Positions 10,845-23,450 of a DNA stretch of 50,996 nucleotides are shown here, one piece after another. Origin of the DNA: Octopus bimaculoides (lineage: Eukaryota); the NCBI RefSeq assembly GCF_001194135.2, contig NC_068991.1, positions 54,867,629 through 54,918,624 on the forward strand, written 5' to 3'. A program made the position numbers and the translations under genes. Under the pieces are notes generated by a model that worked only from the letters and a program-made list of their open reading frames with translations, was not told where the DNA came from and searched no databases. Within the stretch, counting starts at the first letter, position 1, and the number at the start of each line of letters is the position of its first letter.

Positions 10845-13249
10845 TATATATATATAGAGAGAGAAAGGAAATACAATGGGCTTCTTTCAGTCTCTGTCTA
10901 CCAAATCCACTTACAAGGCTTTGGTTGGCCCAAGGCACTTGGCCAAGGTGCCATGCAGTGATACTGAACTCAGAATCATGTGATTGGAAAGCAAACTTCT
11001 TACCACACAGCCACACCTGTGCCTTTTGTTTGCAACCTTTAATATAAACCTAATTTTTACCTGCAAAGTGTGATCTTTTTTCCCCCCAAAATTTATCTGA
11101 TTCTATTATTCAAATGCTATTTCTGGTCTTAAGAGATGGAGAATTCAATTGTTTGGAAGTGTTCCATTTAATTTCTTAGAACCCATTCTATCATTTCTGA
11201 GCAATTGCTAAATAAATTATGGTTTTAACGATAATTATAATTATGGTATAAATTTAGTCTGCAAACAAATGAGATGAATACTAAACACTAATCTAGCAAA
11301 CAAATTCTTTGGCTGTGAGTAAAAAAAATTCCAGAAACTGAACATAGAAATGGTTGACAAAAGGTAGTGAGAGGCAAAACAAGGAAATTTCTTTTGAGTT
11401 GGGATGTTCAACAATGGATTCTATGAATTTTTATGGTAACAATGGAATCTACACAAAAGTGTTTTCTATTTATTATTTGTCTGCATGGTAGTGGGTGCAA
11501 AATAAGGAAGGAACAGAGAGAAATGGCAGTGAGGAAGAAGAATGTGAAAATAAAGTATTAAAAAAAAAAAAATTAAATGTGTTGGAGAGAATTCAAAGAA
11601 TAAAACTATAAAATATTGATTGAAAGAGAACATTTCTCAATTTAACTATTTTCTCTAATGTTTGGAAGTAAAAAAAGAAAACAGAAAAATCAATTACCTA
11701 ATTTATATTAATGCAACTCTCAGAATGGATAAACACCTTTGATATGTCATAAAAGACCAAATTCCTCATAATAATGGAACTATATTGTTAACAACTTTTG
11801 ATGGTCTGTATTATACAGATTAAAGAAAAATATTTTATAAATTCCCCCAAATTCTTCATTTAGAGTATTTGCATGGTAAATCACCAGTAACTTTATAGGG
11901 CAGAATACATTAGAATGTGGGGAGGGGAATATCTTTTTTCATCTTTTATTTGTTTGTCATTAGGCTGTGGCCATTTTGGAGCACCACCTTGAAAAATTTT
12001 AGTCAAACAAATCGACCCTAGTACTTATTTTTTTAAGGCTGACCCTTATTCCACCAGTCTCTTCTGCCAAACTGCTAAGTTACAAGTGGTGGGGAACAAA
12101 CAGATACAAAGACACACACACATACACACTGTGGACTTTAAGTTTCCATCTATCAAATCTACTCACAAGACTTTGGTTAGCCCAAGGCTATACTAGAAGA
12201 CACTCGCCCAAGGTGCCATGCAGTAGGACTGAACAACAAACTGTGTGGTTGGGAAGCAAGCTTCTAACAATACAGCCACACCTGTGATTTTTTTATAAAG
12301 AACATTTGCATAGTCAAAATCAAATAACAACATTGGAAAATCTCTGAAGGATACCTTATGCAAGAAAAAAAAGTGTGAGCTACGATTAGTTAAAAATTAT
12401 TTTCAACTTACTACCACAAGTCTGGAAGCCAGCACTTGACTATATATTCTTCATGCAGTATGGCACCCATGGAAAATTTCTAATGATATTATTTTAATTT
12501 GTCTGATCAGTGAATGATCATCACACAAAATTTATTTCTGTTTTTCTGAGATCTTGGTAGCCATGGAGTTGAATCTGCACACTGAAGAGCCCCAATAAGA
12601 CTGGAACATATCTGAAGTTGTCATACCAGGGCTCCAAAGACTAGTCAGATGCATCCAACTAATTTTAAGGAGATGAGATTGAAATGTCAAGAGTTCTCTT
12701 CCTTGTTCCTGCTGAGAATAGTTTTCAGCTAAACATGTTTTCTTCTCATTGGGGTTATAATTTCCATTAATTAAGAAATATTTTTTAGCTCACAACCTCA
12801 TGTAAGGTAGACTTCATACACAGGCATATTAAATAATGCATACATTTATATTAAACTTGGTTCTATATGCTAAGACATGGAAGATATTCACTGCAGAAGT
12901 CTTGTTTCAGAAACAAATTTCTCCTTATAAGCTTTGTGTGCAAAAACGCATTGAGCCAGGGTCTGAATGACTTCGGTAGACCAGCTTGACACATGTTTCA
13001 GAGTGATTATACTGCCTCAGTGATAGACACCATTTCAATCATTCATGGCCATGTCTAAATTTCTATTTCTGCATGTAAACTACAAATAATACAGCCTCTG
13101 ATTTGTGCAGAGGCTTTTTTTATGGAGATCTAATTAATTTATGTTAAGAACACAAAGCAATGATCATCAAAATAATGATGTGTACATTAAGAGCCTGTTA
13201 AATATACATGTATGCATAGTTATTTTGATTTTTTTTTTTTTTGTTGCTG

Positions 13250-13555
13250 CATCATCATCACCATCAGTAACATCCATTTTCCATGCTGGCATGGATTGGA
13301 TGGTTTGACAGAAGCTGGCAAGGCCAGGAGCCATAGCAGGCTCCATAGTCTATTTTGGCATGGTTTCTACAGCTGGATGCCCTTCCTAATGCCAACCACT
13401 TTACATAGTATATTGGGTGCTTTTTATATGGTACCAACACCAGCACTTTTTATATGGCACCAGCACTACTGCTTTTTATGTGACACCAGCACCAGTGTTT
13501 TTTACATTTCACTGCACCAGTGCTTTTTATGTGGCACCAGCACCTACATCTTGAC
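13250..13555 (-). mobile_element. RTE 3'UTR fragment with ~20-26-bp minisatellite expansion
   Basis: (CAT)n tail then the RTE 3'UTR; about 5 units of GCACCAGTGCTTTTTAYRTG at 13405-13555. Similar expansions at 15040-15150 and 16240-16310. Confidence 0.7.
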
Positions 13556-14587
13556 AAACCTCTGCACACATCAAATGTATTATTTACTGAAATAGTGTCT
13601 GTCACTGAGCAGACATAATCACAGCAAGTCTTAAAGTCTTTCTTCAAATATCCACGACCTGCTCAATAATATTCTTTTGCATTGTATATTCTATATCTAT
13701 GGACTACTCACTAATATTCTATTTCACTGTATACTGGCACAAGCATGGCTGCCTAGTTAAAAAGCTCACTTTATAATATATATATATACATCCCCATACA
13801 CACACATGCACTTACAAAACATAGACACACATAGAGGGATACGCATGCGTAGACACATACAATAGGAATACAAAATACAAAATGGCTGATAGTTAGCAAG
13901 GTGAGACACACATAAGAAAGAAGAAAGCAAAGGACCACTGATGAGGTCACAGAAGTGTGACGAAAGAACTCTGGCCGAAATAGGATTAATGTAATGTAAT
14001 GTAATATAAAGCTGAAGCAAATTAACACCAAATATACAGTGCATGTGTTTTTATTGGCTAAACTGGCAATATGACCATCCCCAAATACAACAACATATAT
14101 ATATATAGAGACATGTATGTATGTGTATATCTTTGTACCTGTGTTTGTTTCTTTATGTCCCTGTAACTTTCAGCAAAAGTAACTGATAGAATAAGAACTA
14201 GATTTTAAGAAAAAATTAGCATTGGGGTCGATTTATTCATCTAAATCTTCCAATGGCTGTGCCCCAGCATGACCACTGACAAATGACTGAAGCAAGTAAA
14301 AGATTAAAGATAAATACATGAAATGATTTACTAGCATTCATAACATAAAAATCAAAACATTTTTGCACCACCTCCTATATTTTATTAATACTTGTCATTC
14401 TCACTGACAAAGTTGTAAGGTTCATTCTGTATATATTAAATCTATCTTTCACTATTTTACTAACAGAACATCAGTCAGAAAATATAAATGAGAAATTTTA
14501 TGCATAACGTTTCATTTCTTTTCTTTTCATCTCTTTGAATTTAATTGATCAACTTATATATCAATATTTTTTGTGTTTCTTTTGTAG

Positions 14588-14683
14588 AATGAATTATCTC
14601 AGAATCTTCAGTCTTTATCAGAGAAAGCCAAATCAGGAACAATATTTATTCAGAGATTAAAATCAATGACAGACAGAGTAGAG
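14588..14683 (+). CDS. TRIM9: TRIM9/TRIM67-like E3 ligase, coiled-coil (BBC) exon, first exon seen in window
   Basis: tttgtag|NELSQNLQSLSEKAKSGTIFIQRLKSMTDRVE|gtaaag; 96 nt, phase 0/0. Matches the recalled Trim9 segment TELSHNLQQLSEKARSTTEFIQRLKGMSDKV. Confidence 0.9.
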
Positions 14684-15649
14684 GTAAAGAAAACCATTTT
14701 CTTTTCAACTGGGAATATTTAAATAATTTTGTTGCATCTTAACAGATGCATAGCAACAAACCTAGAATTTTCAAAAATTTCAATCATTTCACCTATTGAG
14801 AAGTAATCCTGTTTAACAAATACATAGAACTGTTAATTAATAAATGCTAGCATTATTTACCTTAGCATCTACACATCATCATCATCATCATCCTTATTTG
14901 ACGCCTGTTTTCCATTCTAGCATGGATTGAATAGTTTGACAGAAGCTGCCAAGGCCAGGAACTGCACCAGGCTTCATTGTTTTAGTAAGGTTTCTACTGC
15001 TGGATGACCTTCCTAACGCCAACCACTTTACAGAGTGTACTGGGTGCTTTTCATGTGGCACAAGCAGGCACTAGCACCAGTGCTTTTTATATAGCATCAG
15101 CACCAGTGCTTTTTACATGGCACTAGCACCAGTCCTTTTTACATGGCACCAGCACATAGACATTTCTTTATGTTCACCTGGGTCATCTCTACCTTTCATC
15201 CCTTTATAAAATAAAATACCAATCACATACTAGGATCAGTGCAAAAGATTTGCACCCTCCCCTCAAAAGTTCTCCAACCCTGCTATGGACTGGCATTTCA
15301 TTCAAGGAAAATGTTCTTATATATTGATCACTTATACACCATGGAAACTGGCCTTTTAAGTCCTTGGGCTCAAAGAAGAAAAAAGAATAGACATGTAAAG
15401 GGAAACATTTTTTATCCTTCTAAAATATTTATGAAAATGGAAGCAACATATTATTGTGTTGACAGAAAAAATAGCTTATAATCTATGTAGACAAAACTGC
15501 TTATCCATTAGTTTATTAAGACTAAATCAATATGGTTTTAATTCATTAATGAAACATTATTGAAGATAGGAATTAAAAGAATTCTATGGACTTTCCAGCC
15601 TTCTAATCTTTAATTGACATTCACTAATTAATTTATATGGTGTTTCATT

Positions 15650-15668
15650 TATGTGTGTGTGTGTGTGC

Positions 15669-15746
<78 letters not shown>

Positions 15747-15772
15747 GTGTGTGTGTGTATGTATATGTATAT
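15650..15772. repeat. Compound (GT)n/(TA)n microsatellite
   Basis: Directly visible. Confidence 0.95.
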
Positions 15773-17119
15773 AGCATAGTCGATGCCAGTGCCACCTGAC
15801 TGGCACCTGTGCTGGTGGCATGTAAAAAGTACCATTTGAACGTGGTTGATGCCAGTGCTGCTTGACTGGCTCCCATGCCTGTGGCACATAAAAAGCACCC
15901 ACTACACTTTTGGAGTGGTTGGCATTAGGAAGGGCATCCAGCTGTAGAAACCTTGCCAGATCAGATTGGAGTTTGGTGCAGCCTCCTAGCTTGCCAGTTC
16001 TCAGCCAAACCGTCCAACCCATGACAGCAAGGAAAGCAGACGTTAAACGATGATGATGATGATATATATCATCGTCATCATCATCATCCTTTAATGTCTG
16101 TTTTTCGTGCTGGCATGGGTTGGGTGGTTTGACCAGAGTTGGCAGGCTGGAGAGCTGCACCAGGTTCCCATCTGATTTGGGTTGGTTTCTATGGCTGGAT
16201 GCCCTTCCTAATGCCAATCACTTTACAGTGTGTTGGGTGCTTTTGATGTGGCACTGGCACAAATGCTCTTTACGTGGCAGTAGCATGAGTGCTTTTTACA
16301 TGGCACTAGCTCTTGTAGACAAACCTTCTTCACCAGGGGATGTCACCTTAACACTTCTGCTGTGGAGGTCTTCTTGAGTACAGCAAAGTGCCAGGTATCT
16401 CAGTTCTTTATCTTCTTATCTGAAAGGTTCAGGTGGTGCCCCACCATGGCCACAGTCTAATGACTGAAACAAGTAAAAGATAAGTATATATATATATATA
16501 AGATTAAATAGTTATCTTTCAATTTGGTACAGGCATAGCTGTGTGGTTAAGAAGCTCACTTTGCAGCCACATGCTTTCAGGTTCAAACTTATTACTTGGC
16601 ACCTTAGGCAAATGTCTTTTATTATAGCCCTGTGGAAACCAATGCTTTGTAAGTGAATTTGATTGACAGAAATTGTAGAAGCCCATTGCTTATATGTGTG
16701 TGTGTGTGTGTTTGTTTGTGTTTGCATTTGTCCTCCTCACTACTGCTTGATAACTTGTGCATTGTTTTGTTTACATCTCCATAACTTAGTGGTTTGACAA
16801 AAGAGACTGATTGTGTAAGTACAGGTATTTAAAAAAAGAGAATGGTACTGTGTCAGTTTGTTCGATTAAACTCTTCAAGGCAATGCCCCTGCATGGCCAC
16901 AGTCCAGTAACTGAAACAAATAAAAGAAGATGATTACATGTTTGTCAGTTTTAAATGCTATCATTGTAATCAAATTTCCCCCACATCCTCCAACCATCAT
17001 TTACTCATTAAACCCTTGTGTTTTCCCAACCACATGGTTCCAGGTTCAGTTCCACTGTGTGGCATCATGGGCAAGTGCCTTGTGAGTGGATTTGGTTGAC
17101 GGAAACTTAAAGAAGCCTG

Positions 17120-17162
<43 letters not shown>

Positions 17163-17777
17163 TGTGTGTGTATGTATGTGTGTGCGTGTGTGTCCTCCAC
17201 CACCACTTGACAACTGGTGTTGGTATGTTTACATCCCTGTGGCCTAGTGGTTCAACAAAAGAGACCAATAGAATAAGTAACCAGGCATAAAAAAATAAGC
17301 ACTTAGGTGGATTTGCTTGACTAAAATTCTTCAAGGTGGTGCCCTAGCATGGCTGCAATCTAATGACTGAAACAAGTAAAAGATGAACTTTGGTAGTTCT
17401 ATACCCATCATGTTTGTAACAATAGTGCTTCACGTCTGGTCCATTTGAGTTAGTTGAGCGGGTAATTAAAACCATCCACAACCCACACTCGACTTAAGTA
17501 CACAAGCCAAACTCACTTAAATGGTTCGCCCACATCTGTTTCACTTTTGTGCAAGTTAAGACTGCTGTCAATAACACTCAGTAACAAAATTTTCGTTTAT
17601 CACATTGCATGAAAGTTTTCTATTGATTCCAAATTGCAATCAGAGAAATCTTATAAACTCTGCTGAATCCAGTGAGGCTCTATAACCAATACTCCTGCCA
17701 GTGACACCACCTTAATTACTAACCATTCCACCTCTAATCCAATTTTGCACACCTATGATAAAACACCTCCCAAACTC

Positions 17778-17823
17778 TTCTCTCTCTCTCTCTCCCCTTC
17801 TCTCTCTCTCTCTCTCTCTCTCC

Positions 17824-17888
<65 letters not shown>
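17778..17888. repeat. (CT)n microsatellite
   Basis: Directly visible; produces the spurious ERERER/LSLSLS ORFs. Confidence 0.95.
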
Positions 17889-19360
17889 AAGCCCACCCTT
17901 AATACTAAGTGTGAAAACATCTCTGGTCACTTCAGCTAAACTAGATAACCAGTTATGACAGTATCTCTTTATTCCCTAGAAACAAAGTGCACTCGGGCTG
18001 GCCCCTGTACTCACTGAACCTTTTATCCATTCTCTTGTATGTATTTAACCCAACTTGTATATCTAATCCAACAGTGTGTCCCATTCACACAAAAGATAAC
18101 CTCTCTATGCCGGTCAACTAATAATCTATTCCCCTCACTTACATCTTATCACTTTGACATTTGGATTACTCTGTCAAATGTGATACTTATTTATTCACAT
18201 TGTTTTGAATTAATGATGCATTATCTCATAACTTCAAGATTTCAGTATTATTGTTTATTTTTACTCTGATATTGTAGCGTATGTGCGGGAGGCTACATCA
18301 TGCCATTTTGAATATAAAACAGGTAGAATCATCAACTTTATTTCATATATCAGGATTTAGTTTCTTCTTTGCTGTACGCTTCCTTTATGGTGATGACGTT
18401 GATGACTCTATAGACAAATTCTAGCATAGAAGAGTCAGTGGCATTGACTACATAGCTGAGGTTGATTTTGTTGAGCTTTTCTCTCCTGTCATTTGAGTTC
18501 TTTCTTTGCTCTTTTGGTGGCTTTGAAGTTTTTGGTTCTGAGGGTGAGGGAACACTGCCAGTTGGTACAGTCTTGGGATTGTGTTTCAAATGATTTAGGC
18601 TCATTTCCAGTGTTTTCAGTGTTGCTTTGAGTTGGTCATTGTCTCTTTGAAGATATTTGGGCTTGTTTAAAAGCTAAAGAGTTAAAGATAATGGAAACAG
18701 TTATAAATGATTGTTACTTTGAATCTCTTCCCCTCTGCAGTGGCCACCAGTATATTTTTTATAAGACCAAACCTATAAATTGTTTGTCAGTCTTAAAATT
18801 GGCAAAACTATTCATGTTGCCTTTGACATAAGTAAAACCTTGCATTATATCTGATTTCAGAACCTCCTACCAAAATTGCCTACCTTTGAGCTCCATGCAT
18901 CAGCTATCTGTTACATTCTATTTTAGTGTGTTTCAAGATCTGCTTTCTCAGATAACTTTTCTTTCCCTGCATCAGCATCCCATGCACTTTTAAATCCAGC
19001 AAGAGTACCCCTATGATGATGATGCCATCCTTCACTTCTTTATAACCTTTCACACAGGCATCATTTATATACAGCCTGGACCAAATGTACATGAAGAATG
19101 ATCTGCTACCAACCAAGACAAGCAAGACACAGTCAAAGAAATACACTAACAACATTACAACCTCTCATCAACAACCAGTCACTAAAACCTTGATCCATTA
19201 GCATTTAAACTGGCCAGATTTGGCCTCATACATCTACTCTGCAATGTCATTCTAAAAATAAACAATCACATCATTGAAATCTCAAAGCTGCAAGATAATG
19301 CACGATTAATATAAAGCAATGTGAATAAATAAGCATTACATTTGACAGAATAATAATAAT

Positions 19361-20285
19361 CATCATCATCATCATCATTGTCTATGCTGGCATGGGTTGG
19401 ATGGTTTGACCAGGGTGGCAAGCGGGAAGGCTGCACCGGACACTAGTCTGATTTGGCATAGTTTCTATAGGTGGATTCCTTTCCTAATACCAACCATTCC
19501 AAGAGTGTAATGGGTGTTTTTCACATCTCACTGGCACAGGTGCCATTTGTGTGACACCAGTATCTGCCATGACTACAATTTTACTTAGCTTGATGGGTCT
19601 TCTTCTCAAGCACGACATAATGCCAAAGGTCTTGGTCATTGCCTCTATGAGGCCTAACACTCGAAAGGTGCTTTTTACGTGCCACCAACATGGGTGCCAG
19701 TTACGTGACACCAGCATCAGCCACGACTACAATTTCACTTGACTTGACGTGTCTTCTCAAGCACAGCATATCACCAAAGGTCTCAATCACTAGTCGTTGC
19801 CTCTGTGAGGCCCAAAGTTTGAAGATTATGCTTCACCACCTCATCCCATGTCTTCCTATGTCTACCTCTACCACAGGTTCCCTCCACATTTAGAGATCAG
19901 CACTTCTTTGCACAGCTATCCTCATCCATACGCATCACATGACCATATCAGTGCAGTCATCTCTCTTGAACACACCACATCTGATGCTTCTTATGCCCAA
20001 CTTTTCTCTCAAGATGCTTACTCTCTGTTGAACATGCACACTAACATTGCACATCCAGCGAAGCATACTGGCTTCATTTTGTTCAAGCCTATACATGTCC
20101 TCGGCTGTCACAGCCCATGTTTCACTGCCATGTAGCATAGCTGTTTGCACACAGGCATCGCACAATCTGCCTTTCACTCTGAGGGAGAGGTCCTTTATTG
20201 CCAGCAGAGGTAGGAACCCTCTGAACTTTGCCCAGCCTAATTTTATTCTCACAGCTACACTCTCAGAGCATCCACCTCCACTACT
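19361..20285 (-). mobile_element. RTE-clade LINE, 5'-truncated (RT C-terminal region, 3'UTR, (GAT)n tail)
   Basis: ORF 19935-20252 RIKLGWAKFRGFLPLL...VKGRLCDACVQTAMLHGSETWAVTAEDMYRLEQNEASMLRWMCNV is typical RTE post-RT sequence. Homologous to 31939-32840. Confidence 0.9.
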
Positions 20286-20964
20286 ATGGTTAAACCTTTT
20301 AATGAGGAAGAATACATTTTACAATTTATAAAATTCACCACCATCTCTCTCTCTCTCTCTCTCTCTTTTTCTCTTTAACTGGGGTAACTATGTATCTCCT
20401 CCTCTACAGCAAAACATCTGTTTCTGTGCTTCTATCACAGTTTAAATTTCTCAACACTTTGCACAAAGCCAGCTCCCTCAAAACTATTTGCACCTCAGTT
20501 GAAGGGTTTTGTATTGTGAGTTACTTGCTTACTATTGATGATGTAAAAAATACCCAGTACACTGTAAACTGGTTGGTATTAGGAAGTGAATCCAACCATA
20601 GAATCTATGCCAAAGCTCCTGTCAAACCATCCAACTCATGTCAGATGGAAAACAAATGTTAAACGATGATTGTGATGATATACTAACCAATCAATAGCAA
20701 CAGTTTGGTATCATTAATCAGATAAAGACAAATATTTATAGAAAAGTTTTTGCAGCATTGTAGAATCCTTAATCCAAAATACCATCCAATCCAAGGGATT
20801 TCTCATTTTTGTTGTAGTTCTTTCATGTTGGAATCATTTACATAAAATTATATAAATAACATATGTAATGTTGTTTTGTTTAATGACAGAAATTATTGCT
20901 GACTAATAGAAAGCATTTCATTGCTATATGTTATATTCTTCTTAGACTTGTGAGTCAGAGAAAA

Positions 20965-21250
20965 GAAATTGGAGGGGGCAGTTGTTCTTGATGTTCAAGG
21001 AGATCTTGGACAATGGACCTCGATTATTCCATGACGTTCTCCTGTGTCAGAAGGAGCACGTCATTATCATTTTTTTTTCCCTTTTATTAACTGTTGTATA
21101 CTTCCTTTCTTTGGTTTATTGTATACTTTGTATACTTTCAATTGTTTTTGTTTCTTTAAATCATTTCATTATATGTAACCCCCCCACACTTTGTCTGTCT
21201 TTGTATCGTCTCCCTCATCCTTCACCCTGATGGCAAATAAAAGAAATCAT
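20965..21250 (+). mobile_element. LINE 3' end (Tx1/L1-like, putative)
   Basis: T-rich 3'UTR-like stretch with TTTGTCTGTCTTTGTATCG...GGCAAATAAAAGAAAT followed by (ATT)n; architecture similar to 4628-4985. Confidence 0.4.
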
Positions 21251-21736
21251 TGTTATTATTATTATTATTATTATCATCATAATCATTAAAGACTCCCGGA
21301 TAGTTTTTAATTACCAGTTATTAATATTATTTTGGCAGTGAGCTAGCAGAATCATTAGCACGCCAGCAAAATGCTTAGCAGCATTTCATCCATCTTTACG
21401 TTCTGAATTCAAATTCCACTGAGGTCGACTTTGCCTTTCACTCTTTCGGGGTTGATGAGATAAGTACCAGTTACACACCAGGATCACTGTAATCACCTTG
21501 CCCCCTCCCCAAAAATTTTAGGCCTTGTGCCCATTATTGAAAGGATTATTATCATTACTATTCATTATTATTATTATTGAGTGAGAGAGCAGTGCATGCC
21601 ATCAAAGTTACACTGGGGTAAAATATACGAAGCCCAGTATACCCATCATGACTACCCATCTGATAAGGGTACGCCAGGCACATGCATCACAACCATATGT
21701 GCGCGACATGGTGATCTCATATCAAGATAAACGGCG

Positions 21737-21779
<43 letters not shown>

Positions 21780-21780
<1 letters not shown>

Positions 21781-22306
21781 TGATTTATATTATGTCTTAG
21801 CTCTATCCTGCAGCTTAGAAATGCAACATTTTTCTAAATGCGTGCTGTTCCAAGTATTGCTGCCAACTGTGTACCTCCTATAAAGTTTGGTATTTGCAGC
21901 TTTTCATGCCAGAATATCATTTTCTTTGAGATGGTCTCAAGTGCACCTTATCACAATAGGTACCACACTCACTTTTGAGGCTCTATGAATGTGTTTCATT
22001 TCCAATGCTAGTTCTTCATACTTCTCAACTCTCTCTCTTCCTCTATCTTCACAATATTCTGGTCTGTAGGTATAGTTTCAGTGATGATAGTTCATTCTTT
22101 GGACTCCTTCCATAGGGGAGTGATATCTGGTTGTTTATATTACAGCTTCTTATCTGTATAGATTGGTGAATCCCATGTGAGTTTCACCTGACCATTTTCT
22201 GCATATGGTAAAGGTTGATACTTATGCCACTTGTTGGAATTTCTTAGCCCATACTTCCTGCACAACTCCCAGTGTGTCTGCACTGCCACTTTGTCATAGC
22301 ATTTTT

Positions 22307-22307
<1 letters not shown>
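21780..22307 (-). mobile_element. Dong/R4-clade non-LTR retrotransposon 3' fragment (restriction-like endonuclease region) in a (TAA)n microsatellite
   Basis: CYDKVAVQTHWELCRKYGL...KWHKYQP...ENGQVKLTWDSPIYTDKKL, then KQPDI...IVKIEEERVEKYEELALEMK...VSVVPIVI...AAILGTARI: an RLE (PD..D/E) motif set. (TAT)n tracts on both sides. Confidence 0.85.
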
Positions 22308-22360
<53 letters not shown>

Positions 22361-22379
22361 GTATCATTATTATTATTAT

Positions 22380-22589
22380 CATGGTGGGCTGGCAGAATCC
22401 TTAGCATGCTGGGCAAAATGTTTAGCAGTATTTTGCCTGTTGTTATGTTCTGAGTTCAAATTCCGCTGAGGTCACTTCACCTTTCATCCTTTTAAGGTCG
22501 ATAAGTTAAGAACCAGTGAAACACTGGGATCAATGTAATCAACTAGTCCCCTCCCCCAAAATGGCTGCCCTTGTGGAAAAATTTGAAAC

Positions 22590-22629
<40 letters not shown>

Positions 22630-22880
22630 GTTGTTGTTATTAAGGTGGCGAGCTGGTAGAATCATCAGCATGCCGGATGAAATGCTTAGTGGTATTTGCC
22701 TGTCTTCACATTCTGAGTTCAAATTCTACCAAGGTCGACTTTGCTTTTCATCCTTTCAGGGTCGATAAATTAAGTACCAGTGAAACATTGGGGGCGATGT
22801 AATTGACTAGTCCCCTCCCCACAAATTAGTAGAAAGGATTATTATTATTACTATTATTATTATTATTATAGTAGAAAGGA

Positions 22881-22944
<64 letters not shown>

Positions 22945-23450
22945 AAAAAAGACAGTAAGCTGATAGAGTCATTAGCACACCAGACAGAATGCTTAACAGC
23001 ATTTCATTCATCTTTACATTCTGTGTTCAAATTCCACTGAAGTTGACTTTGCCTTTCATCCTTTTAGAGNNNNNNNNNNNNNNNNNNNNNNNNNNNNNNN
23101 NNNNNNNNNNNNNNNNNNNNNNNNNNNNNNNNNNNNNNNNNNNNNNNNNNNNNNNNNNNNNNNNNNNNNNNNNNNNNNNNNNNNNNNNNNNNNNNNNNNN
23201 NNNNNNNNNNNNNNNNNNNNNNNNNNNNNNNNNNNNNNNNNNNNNNNNNNNNNNNNNNNNNNNNNNNNNNNNNNNNNNNNNNNNNNNNNNNNNNNNNNNN
23301 NNNNNNNNNNNNNNNNNNNNNNNNNNNNNNAACGTCGTAAGCGACGGAGTGCCAACAACAACCAGTCGAGCCCTGGGGTCATTGTAATTGACTTACCCTC
23401 TCCCCCCAAATTGCTGGCCTTGTGCCAAAATTTGAAACCATTATTATTAG
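22380..23450 (+). mobile_element. SINE-A array separated by long (ATT)n tracts, with assembly gap 23070-23330
   Basis: Three SINE-A units. After the gap, the 3' end of the 43403-type SINE (CGACGGAGTGCCAACAAC) is nested in a SINE-A. Confidence 0.8.

Noticed and set aside
1-14587. RING/B-box exons of the TRIM gene
   Set aside because: No Cys/His-patterned exon with splice sites found; presumably upstream of the window or hidden in the gap.
15584-17958. ORFs rich in YI/HT/CV/ER/LS dipeptides
   Set aside because: Translations of microsatellites.
17400-18130. C-rich segment possibly from a Penelope GIY-YIG end and pLTR
   Set aside because: No convincing protein motif in any frame; left unclassified.
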